Below, piece after piece: positions 39,216 to 48,581 of a stretch of 64,000 nucleotides of DNA. The stretch is from positions 186,001 through 250,000 of IMG/VR virus record IMGVR_UViG_3300033153_013547. One strand, 5' to 3'. Made by a program: the position numbers and the translations under genes. Under the pieces are notes generated by a model. It had not been told where the DNA came from. It searched no databases and saw only the letters and a list, made by a program, of their open reading frames with translations. Every line of letters starts with the position of its first letter. Positions within the stretch are counted from its first letter, which is position 1.

Positions 39216-39441
39216 TTACTCCCCAAAGAATCCTATCAGACTATCAAAAAGTTCATAGATTGATTGACTATTCACTTCTTGTTCCAAGAGCGTTTTTACT
39301 AAGAGACCTCTCACTTGCGCTCCATTTGGTTACTTTTATTGTTAGTTTACCTTCATCATCTGACGGATGCAATCCAATATTCACACCACCACTACCGTCC
39401 TCAAAATTTAGGGTAAACCCTATTTTCTTATTCAGTTTCAT
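39216..39441 (-). pseudogene. small ORF apparently broken by a 1-nt frameshift
   Basis: MKLNKKIGF...SERSLSK continues in another frame as TLLEQEVNSQSIYELFDSLIGFFGE* across an A5 run near 39295. Confidence 0.35.
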
Positions 39442-39450
39442 TGTCTACCC

Positions 39451-39654
39451 TCACTTGTCTTTGTTTTTTCTTCCCAATACTTCATCCAACCATTTTTGTG
39501 TTTCCTCAGGGAGATCTTCGTCATCATCGCCCATCAATTTTTCTAACTTTTTGTCAATACTATATGAGCTCTCAAGGATCTTGATCAATATTTCAGCAAT
39601 GAGTTTCTCACCATCTGTGGCATACTTATTGGTCATTCTGTTCCTCTCCATCAT
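39451..39654 (-). CDS. hypothetical protein
   Basis: Packed ORF; GGAGAGG RBS before MTNKY. Confidence 0.55.
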   Translation of the reverse strand: MMERNRMTNKYATDGEKLIAEILIKILESSYSIDKKLEKLMGDDDEDLPEETQKWLDEVLGRKNKDK

Positions 39655-40054
39655 CTACTGTCGCGGCAATCATATGATCAGCAGCAACTTTTATTACAGG
39701 CTTATCAGGCATCATCTGTTTTAGTTCTTCTATAGGATTGATACTATTCCAGTCTGAATTTTCAATAGCATGAACAACCATTTCTACCCCATGTTTGTCT
39801 TCAAGATCAGATAAAAACTCTTTGTGGTTTTCAGAACCCACATTGCTAAAATCTATATCACGCAGCCCTGGAAACTGTTTTAGAAGACGTTCCTTTGCCC
39901 AATCAAATGCTCGTGGAATCTGATGAGTGTAAATCTCATCTCCCGTCAGGAAGTTTAGTATTTCATATACTTCAGACATTCCACATAATAGTCTACCACC
40001 AATAACTGTCAAAACAGCACCTGTACTAAAAACTTTTGACTTTATTTCACTCAT
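39626..40054 (-). CDS. conserved phage hypothetical protein
   Basis: GAVLTVIGGRLLC...YEILNFLTG...THQIPRA motif. Confidence 0.65.
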   Translation of the reverse strand: MSEIKSKVFSTGAVLTVIGGRLLCGMSEVYEILNFLTGDEIYTHQIPRAFDWAKERLLKQFPGLRDIDFSNVGSENHKEFLSDLEDKHGVEMVVHAIENSDWNSINPIEELKQMMPDKPVIKVAADHMIAATVDDGEEQNDQ

Positions 40055-40313
40055 CAGAACCCTCTTTTTTATTTATTATTCTCATAAATTCTTCATGTGA
40101 ATAATAATTATCATTGATTGTTATACCTTTTTCAATCTCTATTGCAAAATCGAACAAGATTGTTTCGCCTTCGTCAGCATGAGCCATAACATCTCGAAGT
40201 AACATAACATCGTCTATGATCAATTCTTTATGATAACTCCCATAATAATTGTTATAGTCATCATTCAAAACATATCCATACAAAACATTATCATGTATAT
40301 CAGTAAACTTCAT
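40047..40313 (-). CDS. hypothetical protein
   Basis: Packed ORF. Confidence 0.55.
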   Translation of the reverse strand: MKFTDIHDNVLYGYVLNDDYNNYYGSYHKELIIDDVMLLRDVMAHADEGETILFDFAIEIEKGITINDNYYSHEEFMRIINKKEGSDE

Positions 40314-40352
40314 AGCCCTGAGACTAACCCAGTTAGACGTCTTTCCATCCTC

Positions 40353-40694
40353 CTATGGATCCCACACAGTATTTACATAGTTATCCACCATAGTATATTC
40401 ACCATTGGATTCCCATGCATAGATTTCCATACGCCAATTAGGATATTCATAGGTGATTACAGTAACAACAGAACCATTAACACAGGTCAGAATATATGTC
40501 CTTGTATTTTCCTTTTTCACAGCCAGAACATACCCATCATCATATAATTCTTTCTCAAGATTTATAAACACTGGTGATTTCCAATCTGGACCATTGACTG
40601 TTTGTTGCTGATGATGACTCATAAGAAATATAGTTATGATTCCACAAATACAGACAAGAAGCCACAAACCTTTTGTATAACTATTTGTGTTCAT
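40353..40694 (-). CDS. membrane-anchored/exported small protein
   Basis: N-terminal TM GLWLLVCICGIITIFLM. Confidence 0.6.
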   Translation of the reverse strand: MNTNSYTKGLWLLVCICGIITIFLMSHHQQQTVNGPDWKSPVFINLEKELYDDGYVLAVKKENTRTYILTCVNGSVVTVITYEYPNWRMEIYAWESNGEYTMVDNYVNTVWDP

Positions 40695-41044
40695 TATCCT
40701 ACCACTTCAAGCCCAAACTTTTTGCAAACACTCCATAAAACCTCATCCCTCATTTGAGCACTCAATGGATCAAGTAGTTCTGTTATCTGAATACATACAC
40801 TGTTTTCACGAGCATTAAGAGCCCTGTCATACTCATGGCTTACTAATATTTCAAGATGTCTGATCAGATCTCTCATATCAGGTTTATCCAGAACAACCCA
40901 TAAGTTATCATGGCCAATAAGTATGCCAAACTCTTTTCCATCATCTCCACTGGAAAAATAGATCTGATTCCCCTGATTGTCACCTATTTCTATTTCCATA
41001 ACGGGATCATCTTTCTTGTTTGGCCTTGTTTGTTTTACTGCCAT
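40694..41044 (-). CDS. hypothetical protein
   Basis: AAGGAG RBS. Confidence 0.6.
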   Translation of the reverse strand: MAVKQTRPNKKDDPVMEIEIGDNQGNQIYFSSGDDGKEFGILIGHDNLWVVLDKPDMRDLIRHLEILVSHEYDRALNARENSVCIQITELLDPLSAQMRDEVLWSVCKKFGLEVVG

Positions 41045-41054
41045 TTTATTCTCC

Positions 41055-41372
41055 TTATTCCATTCCTAAATCTATACCTTCAGTGCTATCAACAGTCCCA
41101 ACTATGTTTTCTTCTTTGGCTACAAATAGAGCTTGTCCATCCTCTATGATCTCAGTAGTCCCAAACTTTCTGAATAATACTATCTGATCTGTTTTTAGCT
41201 CTTCTTTACAATCAGGACCTACACTCATTACTATACCAAGAGCAAGTCTGTCTCTCACACCCTCTCTTTCTACCACTGATTCTGGTATAATAACTCCACC
41301 ATCTGTTTTCTTCTCTGATGGTTCAACAGCTAATTTCAAAACAACTCTATCAAACAGAGGTATGACTGTCAT
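41055..41372 (-). CDS. groES: GroES/Cpn10 co-chaperonin (copy 2, most canonical)
   Basis: PLFDRVVL...KTDGGVIIP...GIVMSVGP...VLFRKFGTTEI...EENIVG; AAGGAG RBS before MTVIPL. Confidence 0.9.
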   Translation of the reverse strand: MTVIPLFDRVVLKLAVEPSEKKTDGGVIIPESVVEREGVRDRLALGIVMSVGPDCKEELKTDQIVLFRKFGTTEIIEDGQALFVAKEENIVGTVDSTEGIDLGME

Positions 41373-41673
41373 ATTGATCTCCTTTTCCATGCACAACAAG
41401 ATACATATTTTCTACAGCACACATTTTATTACTTGCTGCCAATTTGTAAATTACAAAGTCAGCATTGTCACTTTGAGAATGTCTCAGTTTATCAAATCTT
41501 CTACACCTATATTCTATACCTTGACTATCTTTGAAGCCAACAGATGGTACTGCTATACAAGCTTGACAAGCTATTTTGAAAATGAGTTCTGGAAGATCAT
41601 CAAAACCTATGTGAGGATCTCCCCTTACCCATGTAATACGAAAATCGTTGGACATATCATTGATCGTTATCAT
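41350..41673 (-). CDS. hypothetical protein
   Basis: GAGGA RBS; overlaps both neighbours. Confidence 0.55.
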   Translation of the reverse strand: MITINDMSNDFRITWVRGDPHIGFDDLPELIFKIACQACIAVPSVGFKDSQGIEYRCRRFDKLRHSQSDNADFVIYKLAASNKMCAVENMYLVVHGKGDQYDSHTSV

Positions 41674-41920
41674 TGTTATCCTCTTCGTTATACTCCAATA
41701 CTATCTCGTATTCGTCCTCAGACTCTTCACAACATTCTTCGTGGTCTATCTCGTAAAAACAATAACCATCTGTAGTTGTAAGTTCGTCATTAACTCGATA
41801 TACTTCGCAGTCTAAATGGCTTTTCAGTTTTTCTACGGCTTCTTCCAGACTATCTGCCTCTACCATCTCAGTCATATATTCGGAATTGATCCACCAGTAT
41901 TTCAAATCAAATTTAGTCAT
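41657..41920 (-). CDS. DpnD/PcfM-like acidic small protein
   Basis: EMVEADSLEEAVEKL. Confidence 0.6.
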   Translation of the reverse strand: MTKFDLKYWWINSEYMTEMVEADSLEEAVEKLKSHLDCEVYRVNDELTTTDGYCFYEIDHEECCEESEDEYEIVLEYNEEDNNDNDQ

Positions 41921-41932
41921 TTATTTATACCT

Positions 41933-42238
41933 CTATACATCAATTTCATCATCAGTATTGAGCTTAACTTCCATCTTTTGTGAAGCCTTGAATCCCACAG
42001 CCTTACGTGCTGGAATAATAATAGCCTCTCTGGTTCTTGGATTATATCCACCACGTTCCTTCTTTGTCTTGACAAATATTTTACCAATACCTCTCAATGA
42101 TACACCATTACCTGCAGATAGCTGATCCTCAATTACCTCACAAAATGCATCATACATTTTTCTACCAGTGGTAGTGTAGCAATTGAGCTTTTCAGCTAGT
42201 GCTTTAGCAACTTCTTCTTTACCACAAATATCAGACAT
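41933..42238 (-). CDS. hup: HU/IHF-family DNA-binding protein
   Basis: VSLRGIGKIFV...ERGGYNPRTREAIIIPARKAVGFKAS; AAGGAG RBS before MSDICG. Confidence 0.92.
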   Translation of the reverse strand: MSDICGKEEVAKALAEKLNCYTTTGRKMYDAFCEVIEDQLSAGNGVSLRGIGKIFVKTKKERGGYNPRTREAIIIPARKAVGFKASQKMEVKLNTDDEIDV

Positions 42239-42344
42239 TTTATCTATTCTCCTTTGAATTCTATACATAATACCTACTATGTAGTGAGATTATTGCATAT
42301 TTCAGGATATTTACACAACCTAACGTTTTTCATTTTACTTGCTT

Positions 42345-42620
42345 CTACAATTGACTCAATAATTGTGCAGACACTGTCTCCAAATATTCTGCTATAACCT
42401 TAGCAGAATCTTTGAGGTCCAGCATAATTTGATCCATAGACATAGACTACCCATAAGTCCTACCTTGTATCAAAATTGGTCTCCAGGCAAGTTTGCTATC
42501 TATTGCTTCTAAACGTGCATATGCAGACATTCCTATATCTTCTCTAAAATCCCAGATTTCATAAACCAGTCGTATATGATTGTTATTATAGACTACTGTT
42601 TCTTTCCCTGTCACTTCCAT
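42345..42620 (-). CDS. 57-aa ORF followed in frame, after a TAG, by 33 more open codons (one interrupted gene or two tiny genes)
   Basis: MEVTGKETVV...GRTYG*SMSMDQIMLDLKDS...SQL*; TAG at 42447-42449. Confidence 0.4.
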
Positions 42621-42931
42621 AAGCCATTTTCCTTGGAAACATTATATTCATCTTCATCTAAGAGTCCAATAGGCAAATATACATAGCCATACCTATTGAC
42701 CACATGACTACCACGACACATAAAAACATGTTCTTCTACATCATCATAGTCCATAAATACTGTCCACTGTTCCATCCCAGTTGTATCACCAAGATCCAGG
42801 GGTGTATCATGAACATTCATTACAATTTTCAACTTTGTTGCTGCCTTGGCACTGGCAAGCACAAATCCTATGGAAAGATTATTAGAATCCTCTGGAACTA
42901 TAAGAACAGGTCCTTGCGTAAGCATAAACAC
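42611..42931 (-). CDS. hypothetical protein
   Basis: QWTVFMD...GSHVVNRYGY motif; AAGGA RBS. Confidence 0.6.
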   Translation of the reverse strand: MFMLTQGPVLIVPEDSNNLSIGFVLASAKAATKLKIVMNVHDTPLDLGDTTGMEQWTVFMDYDDVEEHVFMCRGSHVVNRYGYVYLPIGLLDEDEYNVSKENGLWK

Positions 42932-42964
42932 TACAAATACTTCCTTTAGATATATTCAGGCAAA

Positions 42965-43002
42965 TAAAAAAGGGATGGGCCGTTGACCTTCAGACCCATC
43001 CC
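42965..43002 (-). terminator. Rho-independent terminator
   Basis: Minus strand GGGATGGG...CCCATCCC stem followed by TTTTTTATTT. Confidence 0.85.
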
Positions 43003-43040
43003 ACACGTATGGAGGAGGAGGAACAATTTTACTTGTCATA
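42965..43040 (-). ncRNA. putative small RNA with anti-Shine-Dalgarno tract
   Basis: UCCUCCUCCUCC (43011-43022) just 5' of the terminator in a non-coding gap; TTGGCT-16 nt-TAATAT upstream. Confidence 0.4.
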
Positions 43041-43070
43041 TTACTATTAGTGCATTTTTAGCCAATTTTA

Positions 43071-43505
43071 TCAATCATGATGTCTGTAAAACACATTGAG
43101 AATAAAGCCTAACTGATCACAATAGCCCACCAGTGCTTTCAAACGTGAGGTAATAGCAGTAGCTTCTTCCATAGCATCATTTACTTCACTATACTCTTCT
43201 GCAAACATCAGATGAGCAGCACTTTTTCTATCAGTTACACTTGATCCTTCCATTTGTCCAACCATTGGATCAAATATGTTATTTTTCTTGATATTCAAAG
43301 CATCTAACAACCCATCCCAACGTCCATATTCATCTCTCAAAGCCAAGGATATCTCAGTAAATCTATTAAGCACTCTTTTCCTGCCAGCCTGTGTCATAAC
43401 ATCAGCACTATTCATGTCTTTAGTTATTTCTTGTAAAACCTCATGAAACTTGTCACACTGGCTTATGTGTTCTTTAATTCTATCTACTACTTCTTGTCCT
43501 GTCAT
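43071..43505 (-). CDS. helical protein, possibly UvsY-like recombination mediator
   Basis: All-alpha, GSSVTDRKSAA motif, replication-module context. Confidence 0.35.
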   Translation of the reverse strand: MTGQEVVDRIKEHISQCDKFHEVLQEITKDMNSADVMTQAGRKRVLNRFTEISLALRDEYGRWDGLLDALNIKKNNIFDPMVGQMEGSSVTDRKSAAHLMFAEEYSEVNDAMEEATAITSRLKALVGYCDQLGFILNVFYRHHD

Positions 43506-43522
43506 AATAATTTTCTCCTACT

Positions 43523-43705
43523 TTACTCTTGTGATGATATAATATTATCACACACTTTGGAAATGAGTAAATCTATCCTTTCCTTTATTCTATCTATTTC
43601 TGTTGTAAGATCATTGATTTTATCCTCAACAGTTACCAACCTATTTTCCAATTTGATAGGACTAGTTTCATAATTGAGAGTCATCATATATCTCCTACAC
43701 ATCAT
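43523..43705 (-). CDS. short coiled-coil protein
   Basis: LENRLVTVEDKINDLTTEIDRIKERIDLL. Confidence 0.5.
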   Translation of the reverse strand: MMCRRYMMTLNYETSPIKLENRLVTVEDKINDLTTEIDRIKERIDLLISKVCDNIISSQE

Positions 43706-44402
43706 ATGTCATTATTGCTGGTGATAGTGTTTTGAACAAAACTTTCTTTACTGCTCTATGGAGATCCTCAATAGTTCCATCATTGATCACCATAGCATCT
43801 ATACCTTCAATAGAATCAACAAGAGTCTCACTTGGATGACCATCATCATCAGACATCCCTGGTCTATACACTTTTAGAATAAAAGCACCAAATTTGTCAG
43901 CCAATAGTTTTCTCTCATAGGGAAACCTACAGTCTGATATTACAATTAGATCTTGTCTATCTTCTGCAATCCTATCTATTGTATATTGTAGCCACACATC
44001 CTGTCCAAATATTCTTCTAGTTATATCTCCCAACAGCTGTAACATTATCCTTGGCTTGTTACCTTCCATTACGGGAAATAGTCTATTATCAATTGTCACA
44101 AAAGCATTAGATGCATATATGTAATCAGCAATGTTCATGGCAATTTCAGGAACTGATTCACTACCCTTATACTGAATTGTTCCTACTATTTCATACACAT
44201 GCTGAATTATACTCACAGCCATAGACATCCTGTCTGTAGCTTTATAGCATTCATTGTTTGTTTGCAAAGCCAGTGTTATACTATTAGCCATTTCTTTTAG
44301 TTTAGCAGCAAACACATATTGTTTGAAACCCAAGCTAGACAGAGCATTAGCACATTCGTCCTTACCATGACGTTTTTTGCCTGTTATTGCTACTACGAAC
44401 AC
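43695..44402 (-). CDS. deoxynucleoside monophosphate kinase (T4 gp1-like)
   Basis: ITGKKRHGKD, FAAKLKE, PRIMLQLLG, ISDCRFPYE, HPSET. Confidence 0.88.
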   Translation of the reverse strand: MFVVAITGKKRHGKDECANALSSLGFKQYVFAAKLKEMANSITLALQTNNECYKATDRMSMAVSIIQHVYEIVGTIQYKGSESVPEIAMNIADYIYASNAFVTIDNRLFPVMEGNKPRIMLQLLGDITRRIFGQDVWLQYTIDRIAEDRQDLIVISDCRFPYERKLLADKFGAFILKVYRPGMSDDDGHPSETLVDSIEGIDAMVINDGTIEDLHRAVKKVLFKTLSPAIMTYDV

Positions 44403-44476
44403 CCTGCTGTCTCCTCTGATTTATCTTATCTTTATTTGATTCTACTGAATAATATAGATACACAAGACTTGTGGCT

Positions 44477-44776
44477 TCAATTAGACCACAACATTCTTGC
44501 CATAGCCTTTACTTCATCTATCAATTCTTTATTTTTTATACCTTCATCACCCAATGTTTCAACTGACATTTTCTCAGCAGCATCCTTCAATATTTCACCA
44601 AGATCATGTGCTAACTCGTCATTCTTTGACTTTTTGGCATAGCCAAATAATGCCAGCCAAGCAGCAGGATCTGAATATGGCTTCAAAACGAAACTTGTCT
44701 TATCCATGACATCTACTGCTTCTTTCATCAATGATGACGTTGGTATAATTCTATATTTATCTCTAAATCCAGGCAT
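44477..44776 (-). CDS. conserved phage hypothetical protein
   Basis: KY...FVLKPYSDPAAWLALFGYA...ELAHDL motif. Confidence 0.65.
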   Translation of the reverse strand: MPGFRDKYRIIPTSSLMKEAVDVMDKTSFVLKPYSDPAAWLALFGYAKKSKNDELAHDLGEILKDAAEKMSVETLGDEGIKNKELIDEVKAMARMLWSN

Positions 44777-44780
44777 TTAT

Positions 44781-46142
44781 CTATCCCTTCCTTTTAAATC
44801 CCATTGTAGCCACATGTTTCTGGAAATATTCCATAGATTGATTCATGGTGTCTTGATCTATTATTACTTTCTTTTTCTTGTTCTTGCTTTTAGCAAACTC
44901 TGTTATAACAGCAAAATCAATAATCTCTCTTAGCTGGGCACCAGTAAGGCCTGCTTCCACACATTCCTTAGCCAATTTATCCATATCAAAATTACATGTT
45001 GCTTGCTTATTGTCTTTTAGAAACAAATCAATCATATCTCTACATTGTTTCTCGTTAGGAGGCTTAAATTCTAACACTTTGTCAAAACGACCTGGTCTAT
45101 CCTTAAGTGCCTGATCAATAGACTCAAGGTTATTTGTTGTTGCTACAGTAACAACACATTTCTTGTCATTTAGTCCCTGCAAACATTGTAACATTTCAGA
45201 CAAGGGATCAGCATACCCACTACCTCTAGTTGGTATAGCCAAATCTATATCTTCCATAATCAACAAAGTAGGAGAAAGAGATTCTGCTGTTTTGTATATT
45301 TGTGATATGTGCTGAGGAGATGAAAGATCTGATCCATAAGCAAGAATTATTGTGCATTTGCCCATCAATTCTCTACATATAGCCATAATTGTCCTAGTCT
45401 TCCCTGTTCCTGGCATTCCATATAATATAGTGCCTCTACTTCTGGCAATTCCCATAGACTCAAACATATTGCCATTTGTTATAGGCTGAATGCAATTTAG
45501 CCTAAGCACGTTCTCTATTTCACGATCTATGATTACATCATCCCATGATGTTTCTTGAATACTTGATGAAGACACAAATTGTATGTTGGTGCCATTTTCA
45601 ATTCTCAAAAGCTGATCTTTGAATATGTTTCCATATTTTAGTTTGTGTTTTATAGATTTTGTAAATGCTTCAGCACTATCGTTATCAGCAGCAGTGATAT
45701 AATAATTACTGTTACTTCCCCCATTGCCATAAACTATCTTTACATTTCCATCAGTAATAAAAAACAAATCACCAGTCTCCATCTGACGATATTGATCAGG
45801 ACCTATCAATACATCAGAGAAATCCTTTCTGGTTGAAACACAAATATTGCTGTCATCATCATAATCATATGATTTGATGCTCTTTATCCTAAAAGTTCTT
45901 TTCTTATCAGCCACTATGTTAGTAAATCCATCATGCAAGACTTTCAATATAAACATCATGCTCAATGGATCAGATTGCACTGTAACTTCAATGAAATTTG
46001 CAGACTTTACTCCCAAAAACTTCTCCATATCCTCAGTCTGTTCATTGGTAGTTTCTTGAATAGGTAGCTTGTTGATGATACGTACAAACATTTTGATAAA
46101 TATATCTAAGAGCTTCCTTGTGACATTATCAGATGTTGACAT
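44781..46142 (-). CDS. classical AAA+ ATPase
   Basis: Walker A GMPGTGKT, Walker B IMEDID, ATTN sensor, IDQALKDRPGRFD second region of homology. Confidence 0.9.
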   Translation of the reverse strand: MSTSDNVTRKLLDIFIKMFVRIINKLPIQETTNEQTEDMEKFLGVKSANFIEVTVQSDPLSMMFILKVLHDGFTNIVADKKRTFRIKSIKSYDYDDDSNICVSTRKDFSDVLIGPDQYRQMETGDLFFITDGNVKIVYGNGGSNSNYYITAADNDSAEAFTKSIKHKLKYGNIFKDQLLRIENGTNIQFVSSSSIQETSWDDVIIDREIENVLRLNCIQPITNGNMFESMGIARSRGTILYGMPGTGKTRTIMAICRELMGKCTIILAYGSDLSSPQHISQIYKTAESLSPTLLIMEDIDLAIPTRGSGYADPLSEMLQCLQGLNDKKCVVTVATTNNLESIDQALKDRPGRFDKVLEFKPPNEKQCRDMIDLFLKDNKQATCNFDMDKLAKECVEAGLTGAQLREIIDFAVITEFAKSKNKKKKVIIDQDTMNQSMEYFQKHVATMGFKRKG

Positions 46143-46168
46143 ATTGTTATTTTACTCCTGGAAATTTA

Positions 46169-46549
46169 TTACAAATTACGATTACATTGAAGGGCTTTTA
46201 TGCCATATTTGCCAACCACAGCAAATCCAAACAATAACCTAAGATTAGTTGCAATCATAATATCTCTTGAAAAATATGATGTACTACTTTGCCAATTGTC
46301 AAAGTTCATTACAACATCTTTACGTACAAAAACAATTATTTCATCTTTTTTTTTGCCCTTTATAAAGATATAATCCTTGGTGCTTACAACACCAACAACT
46401 AGAAACATATCAAGAGCAATTGAAATATCATCAGTATGTTCTGTTGCCTTTTTAGGAAAAGAACCTGGTGGTCCAGGAGATCTTTTTAGTGATTCTATAA
46501 CCCCAGGTAAGGTGATTTTAGAACCTGCTTTTAGTATAACTTCCATCAT
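46169..46549 (-). CDS. hypothetical protein
   Basis: ATGA-coupled ORF. Confidence 0.55.
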   Translation of the reverse strand: MMEVILKAGSKITLPGVIESLKRSPGPPGSFPKKATEHTDDISIALDMFLVVGVVSTKDYIFIKGKKKDEIIVFVRKDVVMNFDNWQSSTSYFSRDIMIATNLRLLFGFAVVGKYGIKALQCNRNL

Positions 46550-47253
46550 GCATGCCTATCACTTACATAAAACTCAATCACTTTATCCACTGGTAATTTT
46601 ACTATATGTCTCTTGAGAATTGGAGAATCATTGTGAGGATCAGTGGGCACAGCAGCCACCAAAGAATCCATATCTACCTTTATATCTGCTATATGAACAC
46701 CACCAGTGCCTGCATCTCCAGCCTTGACATAGGCATCATAAATATCAGGATGACTGCTCAAGTCAGGCTCAAAACCTATGTGTGATGATTGTGTTCTATA
46801 TTCTATATCATAACCAGCAGTAACAACAGCATAAACTGCATTGCCACCAAATCTACTAGTGCTTCTAAAAGCAACAGACCCCACTATGTGAGTCTCTTGA
46901 CCCTTAGACGTATGCACAATAAGCAGACACTGCTTGTCCACAAACTGCAAGTCTGCATTGTTATGTAATTTGATAGTGGTCTTGTTAGGAATAAAGCATC
47001 TATATCTCATATCATACAAATCTGCCATTACATTGTTGTCAACATGTTTAGGTCTTACATCAAAATAGAATAACCATGATTCATCATCATAATATATTCC
47101 ACATTCTATGATATGATCTGTACACAATTGCATATCATAATATAGTTCAACTTGTCTTGTTGGAACAGTAGATTCTTCTGAGTCATTGATGGAGACCATT
47201 ATGTCTTTATCACTGGGTCTCAGAGACACTTTGTGCAAATTATCATGAGGCAT
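46546..47253 (-). CDS. hypothetical protein
   Basis: 235-aa ORF with AAGGA RBS. Confidence 0.6.
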   Translation of the reverse strand: MPHDNLHKVSLRPSDKDIMVSINDSEESTVPTRQVELYYDMQLCTDHIIECGIYYDDESWLFYFDVRPKHVDNNVMADLYDMRYRCFIPNKTTIKLHNNADLQFVDKQCLLIVHTSKGQETHIVGSVAFRSTSRFGGNAVYAVVTAGYDIEYRTQSSHIGFEPDLSSHPDIYDAYVKAGDAGTGGVHIADIKVDMDSLVAAVPTDPHNDSPILKRHIVKLPVDKVIEFYVSDRHA

Positions 47254-47701
47254 AATAATTATCCTTTTCCATCCAGTAATAAATGCTGGACCAACTGGTA
47301 ACTAACCAGTCTCTATCAAGGTTATATTTTAGTCTATTTAGCACCACACTGAAACTTCCAAATCCTATGATCATGCCAGGCTTTAGCCTTTTATTGCCAC
47401 ATGAGTAGACTATTCCTTCATAACAGTCATTATTTCCAAACTTATAAGCCAATGTGTGTATTACTACATGAGATTTTGTCATAGGAACAGAATATTCTAC
47501 ATCCACCGTGCCATTATCCAATACTTTTAGCGTTTCTTTATCAACAGAGGAATCCTCAGGCAAAACTGATACCATATCTGATTCTTCTCTAAACAGTTTC
47601 TGCCTCTCACGTGTTAGCAAAGGAATAACTATTATGTTATCTCCAAAAGCCTTGATCTCACCAAAATTTTTTATGATCAGTTTTTTATTCTTCATCTTCA
47701 T
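47243..47701 (-). CDS. divergent GroES-like protein with long insertion (copy 3)
   Basis: IKAFGDNIIVIPL...YEGIVYSCG...LKPGMIIGF...WLVTSWSSI, reminiscent of T4 gp31-type co-chaperonins; start uncertain (ORF open to 47794). Confidence 0.5.
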   Translation of the reverse strand: MKMKNKKLIIKNFGEIKAFGDNIIVIPLLTRERQKLFREESDMVSVLPEDSSVDKETLKVLDNGTVDVEYSVPMTKSHVVIHTLAYKFGNNDCYEGIVYSCGNKRLKPGMIIGFGSFSVVLNRLKYNLDRDWLVTSWSSIYYWMEKDNYYAS

Positions 47702-48266
47702 TCCAGGGCACAAAATCCGCAGGATTGTCACGACGGTTCCATGCTCTTGCAGCTTCCATAGATGTCTTATGACAACCATTGGTACACAAACCACAATCCA
47801 TACATTCTATCCATGCGAAGGCAACCCCTTCCACATCTCTATCTGTGGACATTATTCTTTGTGAACCACAACAAGGGCATTGTTTTATAACAGCAGGCAA
47901 ATCTACTTCTACAGGTTCAGGGCAAAAACACTCAATCAACTTAGAATCAGCTTGATCTAATATTTTCCCAAAATTATCGCCCGAGAAAGAGATTCTAAAT
48001 GCTCTGCCGCTAGCGTCTTTAGCAATTCTATAACTCTTGTTTTTGTCATAATAAAGATTGATTGTTGCATTAATCACAGCATCAGTAGGATACATAACCC
48101 TCAAAGTAGCATACCAATGATCAGATAACATTTTACGATAACGAAGGAGATGGTGAGTAGGAAATGGATCACCCTCATTAACAAACTTCATCCATCTTTC
48201 AGATTTTATTTTCTCCTTACTAAAGGTAAGGGAAAATTCATCCATTCTATCTGTCCAAATCTTCAT
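47685..48266 (-). CDS. protein with C-terminal Lar-like (restriction alleviation) zinc ribbon
   Basis: KQCPCCGS...WIECMDCG...EAARAWNRR. Confidence 0.65.
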   Translation of the reverse strand: MKIWTDRMDEFSLTFSKEKIKSERWMKFVNEGDPFPTHHLLRYRKMLSDHWYATLRVMYPTDAVINATINLYYDKNKSYRIAKDASGRAFRISFSGDNFGKILDQADSKLIECFCPEPVEVDLPAVIKQCPCCGSQRIMSTDRDVEGVAFAWIECMDCGLCTNGCHKTSMEAARAWNRRDNPADFVPWNEDEE

Positions 48267-48311
48267 GTTGCTCTCCTTTTATATGCCTACTATTCCCACA
48301 CCATTAAAAAA

Positions 48312-48581
48312 CTATATTGGCCACTGCCCTGCATCTTTCAACTCAATCATTATGTCTTCTAACCCTGACCAAAAGTATTCCATCAAAACATCTCCAAGAC
48401 ACTCTCCTATATGCTCCAGATCATCTTGTGTGATAACAATACCACGAAATCCACCAGACTCGTGGGTGGGCATACGTGTTATAACCCCATAGACATCTTC
48501 AGCTGATAATTTTACAACAACAACGGGCTCAACTTTTTCTTTGCTTACCATTTTATTCCTCACTGTAATTATAGGACTCAA
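48312..48581 (-). CDS. hypothetical protein
   Basis: Packed ORF. Confidence 0.5.
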   Translation of the reverse strand: MSPIITVRNKMVSKEKVEPVVVVKLSAEDVYGVITRMPTHESGGFRGIVITQDDLEHIGECLGDVLMEYFWSGLEDIMIELKDAGQWPI

